Part shown: piece after piece, positions 56,901 through 64,000 of the stretch | How positions within the stretch are numbered: the first letter of the stretch is position 1 | How the letters are laid out: the number at the start of each line of letters is the position of its first letter | Source: Chrysomallon squamiferum | Lineage: Eukaryota > Animalia > Mollusca | DNA length: 64,000 nucleotides | Assembly: GCA_012295275.1 (NCBI GenBank) | Contig: CM022670.1 | Coordinates: 16,926,001-16,990,000, forward strand | Reading direction: 5' to 3' | Program-made: the position numbers and the translations under genes | Notes under the pieces: generated by a model | Database searches by the model: none | What the model was told of the DNA's origin: nothing | Seen by the model: the letters and a program-made list of their open reading frames with translations, nothing else

Positions 56901-59900
56901 AGTAGGTTCCTGTGTATTAATCAGTTTTTTTAAATTCAACAGAGTCAATTCTAACCTGCAAAGAAGATGAATTTAAATGTGATAATTCGCACTGCATCTC
57001 CATGCGATTCCGTTGTGATGGTGATGACGAATGTAACGATGGTTCAGATGAAAAAGGTTGTGGTAAGTACCAGTTATTTGGTAAATAAATCCAATATTAA
57101 TGCTTTAAGAATATGATGAAATTCTTAGCTTTTGACTACTAAATATTTCTGATAAAACAAAACAATACACGTATACAATTTTTGCTCATTTATGCTGACT
57201 GAAAAAGTTCATAAGAATGTCACAAAATATTTTACATTCAAAAGGATAAGCATTATTTACAGTTTTGTCATTTTTTGTTTAATGTACAGTAACTGTTTTT
57301 ATGAAGAAATTACTAGTTTCTTAAGTGCAGTTGTGGAATTCACTGTTTATTTTCATTATTACGATAACTATATTTTATTGAATAAAATCAGAATATGTTC
57401 ATATCCCCATTTTTAATAATTTAGTTTAATGTAAAATATTAAAATTTATTAAATAAGTAAATGTTAGCAAGACAAATTTATATATCACAGTAAATGAACA
57501 GTTGATTATTTATTTGAAAGAATTTGGTATATGGTAAGTACAAAATGTCAAGGCTCTGTCTTCTGAGATAAATCACTGATTCAAGTCATTGGGTAATTTG
57601 TTACAGAACCAAAACAGTGTGATGAAGATGAATTTAAATGTAGAAATTCTTCAACTTGCATTAAACTGGATTGGAGGTGTGATGGCGATTTTGACTGTTC
57701 AGGAAACGACCACTCAGATGAAGAAAATTGCACTGCTTCAAACAGTAATCATTGTTCTGCTTCTCAGTTTGCCTGCAAAAATAACAATGAGTGCATTCAC
57801 ATCTCTTGGAAATGTGACAATGACTATGACTGTGAAGATTTTTCAGATGAAGAAGGATGTGGTAAGTTTTTTTTTTTTTTAACTAAAATGGATTGAGTTG
57901 ATATATTTATGGAGAAAATACTATGGAATTTTGTTGGTCGTAAATTGTTTCAGAAACAAAAATTTAGTTTCAAAATATGATTCACTTGAAAAAGTGAACA
58001 TTATGTTAAAAAAATCTCATTACTTGAAACACTAAGTACAAATGATAAATTTTATTTTTTTATTTAAAAAATTTTAAAAATTATTTTTATTAAGGTAAGA
58101 TAACCTGTAGACCTGATCAGTTCCAGTGTGAGAAAGAAGGATATTGTATTAATAGTAGACTGAAGTGCAACGGTGATAAAGACTGCCTCGATGGATCAGA
58201 TGAATTAGACTGTCGTAAGTTTTTACATTTCATGCAACAAAGCTGATGAAAAATAATTGAATTTTTTTAATAATAGTATGAAATGAGTTTTAAAAAGCAA
58301 AGAATCAGTGCATTTATGATCAATTGTGAAACTAGTTTCTTTTATTAGTTTAGTTTTTTTTACAGATAATTCATTAATGTGGCCTCTTTATGAAAGAATA
58401 CATTATTGAATAAATCAATAATTTGAAAAACATTTTATGATCAATGGTTGTTATTTTGCAAGTCTATTGAATAAATAATCTAGCAGCAACAACAAAATTG
58501 TGATTTAGATGCGTATTGAAGTTTAAAATAATTGACTATTTTAGCAACTGCAACAGCTTCAAAGTGTGGCCCAGACATGTTTGCCTGTGATTCAAATGGC
58601 ACTAAATGTATTCATAATTCCCTTGTTTGCAATGGTGCCAGTGACTGTGAAAATTACATGGATGAACTGCCTTCACTATGTCCTAGTAAGTATTCCACAC
58701 CATTTTATTTATAAATAGAATATTTATATGCAAGATTGTTGCATTTAGAAGGCATCAAAGAGCAAAAGAAATCTTAATGGGTTTTTTAATTATTTATTGC
58801 AATAAACATTTTGAATTTTTTCCTCTTTCTCAATTTGAGATTCATTTCCCATTGAATAGACATTTTACAAAATTCATAAAGATGTTGAAGCTATGGCATC
58901 TGGTATTTCATTATTCACAAATATTCCACAAAGGATTTTTATAACTAGACTTTTTCAATAAATAAAATAATTTTATTCAGATTTTTGTTATTTATCACTA
59001 GATAATAAATATCTTTGATACTCTCTTTGGCAAGGGGACAGGTATTATTTAATATATCTGTATATAAGTACATAAATTCATCTACCAGGATGCACTGGGC
59101 CAAACTTTAATTATTTTTTCTCTCTCTTCACTTTCCTTTAAAGCTAATCCAGATAATGGTATGTTGAATAGCAGTGACCATATGCATGGGCGGGAACTAT
59201 GTTACTCTTAGCCTAATCTCTATGCTCAGACTAGTCTACTGTATAACAAGTGACACGTGAATTTGTCATTTTATTAAATATACAGACTACATTGTCTTTT
59301 ATTGCCTTGATTTAGGGATAGTCCAGAATTTGTATCATTCTGTTGTGTTAGCACAGTTTGCAAAAACATTTAGTTACATCACAGAATCTCACTTATTTAC
59401 CACAAAACCCAGTACACTGGAGGGTGATTTCTGCTGCTAAATTTCTGTAAAGAAATCAAATTATTTCATTTCAATCATTTTAATCTTGTTTTGGTGATAC
59501 AGCTTGCAATTAATATAAATGTAAATTTTCAAAAGAATTACACAGATTGTTGTTTATCCTTGCAGTTGCATATTTAAAATTTCAATCATTTCCAATTTTG
59601 TGTCACCTTTTTGTTGGGCAATTCGTGACTTAAAATTAGGCATAAGAATTTAGTCCCTTGCCATGCATATGGTCACATTGTCATTCAGCAACAACACTTG
59701 CGTTGATTGTTGCATGTTGTTGTTCTTGCATGTTGATAGAATTCTGTTGCTTTTGCCAGTATTGTTTAATATTTTAGGATATAATGATTTGTCCATTTCT
59801 TTGTTGTTTAGCCACTTGATAGGTGAACCCAGCTTTTAGTCATATTTTTACCATTTTCCAACTATTAATATACCTGCATAGGTATAAACCTTTACAGACT

Positions 59901-62900
59901 TAAAGCACAAAATTGCTGTTTTTAATAAAATAAATTAAATTTATAATTTGATTTACAGATAAAAAAATGTATAAAATGTTTTAAAAATAATCAAATTAAT
60001 TTGGTAATGTTTATAAAAACAAAAACAAAAATTAAATACACCCACATACACACAGTTCAGCTTATTCAGTTAAATTTTCAAAATAACCTTTTTGTTACTA
60101 TTTCTTATCTTATTTTTATCAGTTATTTAATGTGAGCTGGACTTAGAAACAAAGATAGTGTGTGGATGTGTGTATGTATTTAAGTAATCTTGATGTTTCG
60201 GAATTAAATACAAACAGTCAATTTGAAAAAGAACTGCAAGTATGTGTGTTCTGTCAGACAACTTATGGCATTCTGTATTCTTACTAGATGTGTGTACTTT
60301 TATGGATATTTTTGTACCTACCATTTCATATCTTAATTAGTGTGAATGTTTATTGTTTCTGCTTTTTCATTAGTATATTAACATAAATAAAATGTGTTAT
60401 AATACCAATGTAATTACAGTAAATTTTGAAATAAAGCTTTTTGCCCAAAAATCCTATTTATTAAAAATCTTCTGTCGGACAATTTGAGGCATTCTGTACT
60501 CTTACTAAATGTGTGTACTTTCATGGATATTTTTGTATCTTCTGTTTCATATCTTTATTTGTGTGGATGTTTGTTTCTGCTTTTTCATTAGTATATTAAT
60601 CAACATAAATAAAATCTGTTATAATGCCAATGTAATTACAGTAAATTTTAAAATAAAGCTTTTGTCCAAAAACCTATGTATTTAAAAATGTTTTAACTGT
60701 AAGGTAATACACTAATTTAAAAAATATATATGTTAAAACATTTCATTTAGTATTATTTTAAGACAATACCTAAATGTTATTGTTTATTTTTATTTATATT
60801 TATAGCTACACACCCATGCAGTAAACCTGATGTACATTGCAGTCAGATTTGTGAAAATAAATTTCGAGAGAACACCTATGTTTGTAAATGTAATGCGGGT
60901 TACCAACTTGTCAATGGATCAGATTATCTGTGTGAAGATATTAATGAATGTAATACATTTGGTGCGTGTTCTCAGCATTGTGAAAACACCAAGGGTAGCT
61001 ACAAATGTTCCTGCATGCATGGATATACTCTGAAAGATCATCGATACTGCAAAGCAGATGGTTTGTACATTAAAATTTCAGTAAAAAGCTTATATGTATT
61101 TTCACTATAATGAAATTATGCAAATATTCATTGGATTATAAATGTAACATTAAAATTTCAGTACATTTAAAATTTAAAGAAATATTAAATATAAATATTT
61201 ATAAAAACATAGTCAGTTTTATAGTTCAAAATAGCTTTTTTTCACAGGACCAAAGGATCCCGAATTATTATTGGCTGACCGCAAAGATCTGAGGAAGATA
61301 CATCTGGAGACGTACCACTATACTCTGCTGGTAAATGAAGAACATGTGTTTGGTGCTATTGCCATGGACTTTGATTATGACGACAACATGCTTTTCTGGA
61401 CAGATGTTGCTGTGGAACAGGTTCTCAAGTTAGTAAATTTGTTAATGTTTACATTTAATTACAGAAATTAAGCATTTTATATTTGTGCATGTAAACTGTA
61501 TGTAAATATTTGTGTATTTTTGAAAATTGATTTTAATATTTTTGCTTTGTGTGATACCTTTGCAAAAATGTCTAAAATGCGTAACATACTACTCGAAGTT
61601 GGACCTCACATTCATAATTTATAAACTTTGTTAAATTCCATGAAGCCTTATATGTACACAACAGGAATAGTGTAAAATATTGTTTACAGCATATCAGTAA
61701 AAGATTATGATAGCCAGTATGTGTAGACAGATAAATTTAAATAGTTCACTAAATTTGATAAATGCAAATACAAATTATGGACATAATTATTTGCCTCTAT
61801 CAGATTGTAATATGGGTATGTGTCCTGTGCAAATGGGAGCATTTTAACTCCTTGTGACAGTTTCAACCATAATTTAGGTTTGTAATTTCGAAGGTCATCT
61901 TTAAATGCCAGTAATATTAACTAAATACAAATATATTTTTATGCTTATTGGTTTACCAGTAGTAATATATTTCCTCTTAAAACCAAGGTCCATTTTTTTT
62001 TTTTATTATTATTTTTTTTTTTCACCATGTTCTTTCTGTTAGTTATATTATTTTTCAGCTGTGAGCCACCTAGCATCATTAAATTACAGCAGTACAAAAC
62101 TGAAATTGTTCAGTTAAGAGCTATGTAAAGTTACTCGGGAAATGATATGTCAGCTGCTGTATTCAGTTTAAATTAACTTAATTTACAAAAAGGAATTAAA
62201 GACATTTGCCAAAACACATAAAATGCATCACAAACTCTACATTTTTGCTAAATAACATAGATAATTCAAAAGATGCGTAAAATCCATTTGTTCATATTTT
62301 CTGTCATACTAAATGTTACAAGAAAATCATTCAATTTTCCAGTTGATTAATGGTGATTGCTATTAACATTGTGAAAATAATTTCAGTTTAGTATTTTCAT
62401 TTACATTTACAATTTCACAGTACATCTGATAAAAAAGAAAATATTTCACCAAGTATGTATGAATTCAAATTAAACATTTTTAAAACTGTAATACCGTAAC
62501 AGATAGTCATAATAATTTATTTCTTTGATATTTTTAGGGCCAGCTTTGATAACATTACTAATGTAAAAGTTGTTGCTGATAACAAGACAGTTCAGACACC
62601 TGATGGCCTGGCTGTTGATTGGATTTACAAACACATCTACTGGACAGATACTGGCAAGGATCGAATTCAAGTATCAAAAATGGATGGTTCCATGAGGAAG
62701 ACTTTAGTGGGCACTGGTCTTGATGAACCTCGGGCTATTGTTGTTGATCCTAAAAATGGGTAAGTTTTTTTTTTTTTTTTCTGTTTTTAATTCTCTCTCT
62801 CTATCTCTCTCTGTCTCCCTGTCCCTCTCCAGAAAACCAAAACAAATAGTTCAGCTACTTGATAATAGCTTATGAGTTTGTTCAGATGGTTTAAATATCT

Positions 62901-63515
62901 CAGTAATTCTTTATTATATTCTAGATTAATACTTCAACAGTCTTTAACGTACTTTTTCGGTTTACTTAAACTTTCTCTTTATTATTTAGTTACATGTACT
63001 GGACAGATTGGGGAAACACACCAAAAATAGAAAAATGTGGAATGAATGGACAGGGACGTACTGCTATTATTGAAGCAAAAGATAACTTGCAGGAAATTGT
63101 ATGGCCTAATGGTCTTACTATTGGTAGGTTTACTTACTATTCTTTTTTTCTTATTGGTTTATCATAAAAAGACATCAGAAATGTGTTACCTGATTTCATA
63201 CTTTAAATTTCAGTGCAGTAGAAAACCAGTATGAATAGATGATTCATTATTGATGCACACAGTATTTTATTGCTGATGGTTACTTTATAAACAAAACTAA
63301 TTTAAATGAATTTGTGTAAGTGGTTATCCATGTTTGTCTCTTCAATTTTTTAATGTTTGTTTCATTTATTTTAAGATTATGTGGATCAGCGATTATACTG
63401 GATAGATGCCAAACTGCACATCATAGCAAGTTCCAACTTACATGGAGGTGACAGAAAAATCATTTTGCGGAATCATGTTGATTTAAACCATCCATTTGCC
63501 ATAACAGTGTTTGAG
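53923..63515 (+). CDS. LDL-receptor family protein, VLDLR/lipophorin-receptor-like (5' part; continues beyond window)
   Basis: Exons: 53923-54004 (signal peptide [28 protein letters not shown]), 54187-54306, 55879-56004, 56508-56624, 56943-57062, 57607-57861 (2 LA), 58095-58214, 58545-58685 give 8 LA repeats (C..F.C....CI...W.CD...DC.D.SDE..C). 60806-61060 encodes two EGF domains (CEDINEC). 61248-61428, 62538-62759, 62990-63123 and 63376-63515 encode a YWTD propeller (LFWTD, IYWTD, MYWTDWG, LYWID). All phases are consistent. Confidence 0.95.
60250..60688. repeat. tandem direct duplication, ~220-bp unit x2 (intronic)
   Basis: ctgtc.gacaa..ggcattctgta.tcttact..atgtgtgtacttt.atggatatttttgta...aaataaagctttt.g.ccaaaaa.ccta occurs at ~60250 and ~60471. 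Confidence 0.9.
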
Positions 63516-64000
63516 GTTTGTTTGCTATTTAAATGTGGTCATATTAAGTATATTTAATATTAGTTCTTTAGCAGACAAAGCACAATACAACATATTAGTC
63601 TGTAAAATATTAGTATACTTAAATTTTAGAAAAGTTGTTTTTCCTCTTTAGATTAGTACTTCAGATAAAGCACAACACAACAAATCTCATTTTCGCATTA
63701 ATTTAAATGTCTGTACATTTGCAATTATTACACATATGTATAGCCATTTGATTTGGTAAGAGTTTTGATTAAAAATGTTCTCCATTCAGCTTTTGTACCT
63801 GTTTGTTTTAAATGTCATGTAAATAAAAAAAAGAAATGTGTTTGAATCTAGTGATTCTGCTGATGGTTCTTGTATCAGGACAATAAACTTGCCAGCATTT
63901 TTATTCCAATTTAACTGATAAAACATTTCCATTTTTTCTTAGTTTCCTTGACTGTTTTTTTTTTCACCACCTCATCTGACAAAAACTGTACCTGCATTAA

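Noticed and set aside
62421-62452. Possible micro-exon in the LDLR-like gene (cacag|...caa|gtatgt)
   Set aside because: At 32 nt it would break frame, and the flanking exons already join in phase.

Overview
AT-rich, microsatellite-dense eukaryotic DNA with GT-AG introns; the gene content suggests an invertebrate, probably a mollusc (inference). Exon-by-exon reading supports five genes plus a possible gene fragment at the left edge. (1-2) Two divergently oriented type II membrane FkbM/Methyltransf_21-family methyltransferases with intronless CDS (4346-6525 minus; 9567-10604 plus). (3) A ~31-exon, ~1400-aa type I membrane protein (12521-40840 plus) with three LolA/ependymin-like modules, five PAN/Apple domains, a TM helix and a short tail. 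(4) Nested antisense inside one 7.9-kb intron of gene 3, a 10-coding-exon gene (16038-21914 minus) encoding one ~955-aa polyprotein of FOUR tandem, Cys-rich, non-canonical YrdC/Sua5 (TsaC-fold) domains, with its own TATA promoter. This is the most unusual element in the window. (5) The 5' part of a VLDLR/lipophorin-receptor-like gene (53923 to beyond the window end) with 8 LA repeats, 2 EGF domains and a YWTD propeller. Several 1-2 bp frame breaks, mostly at homopolymers, interrupt genes 1, 3 and 4 and look like assembly errors. All gene models were derived by eye; no database search was run.
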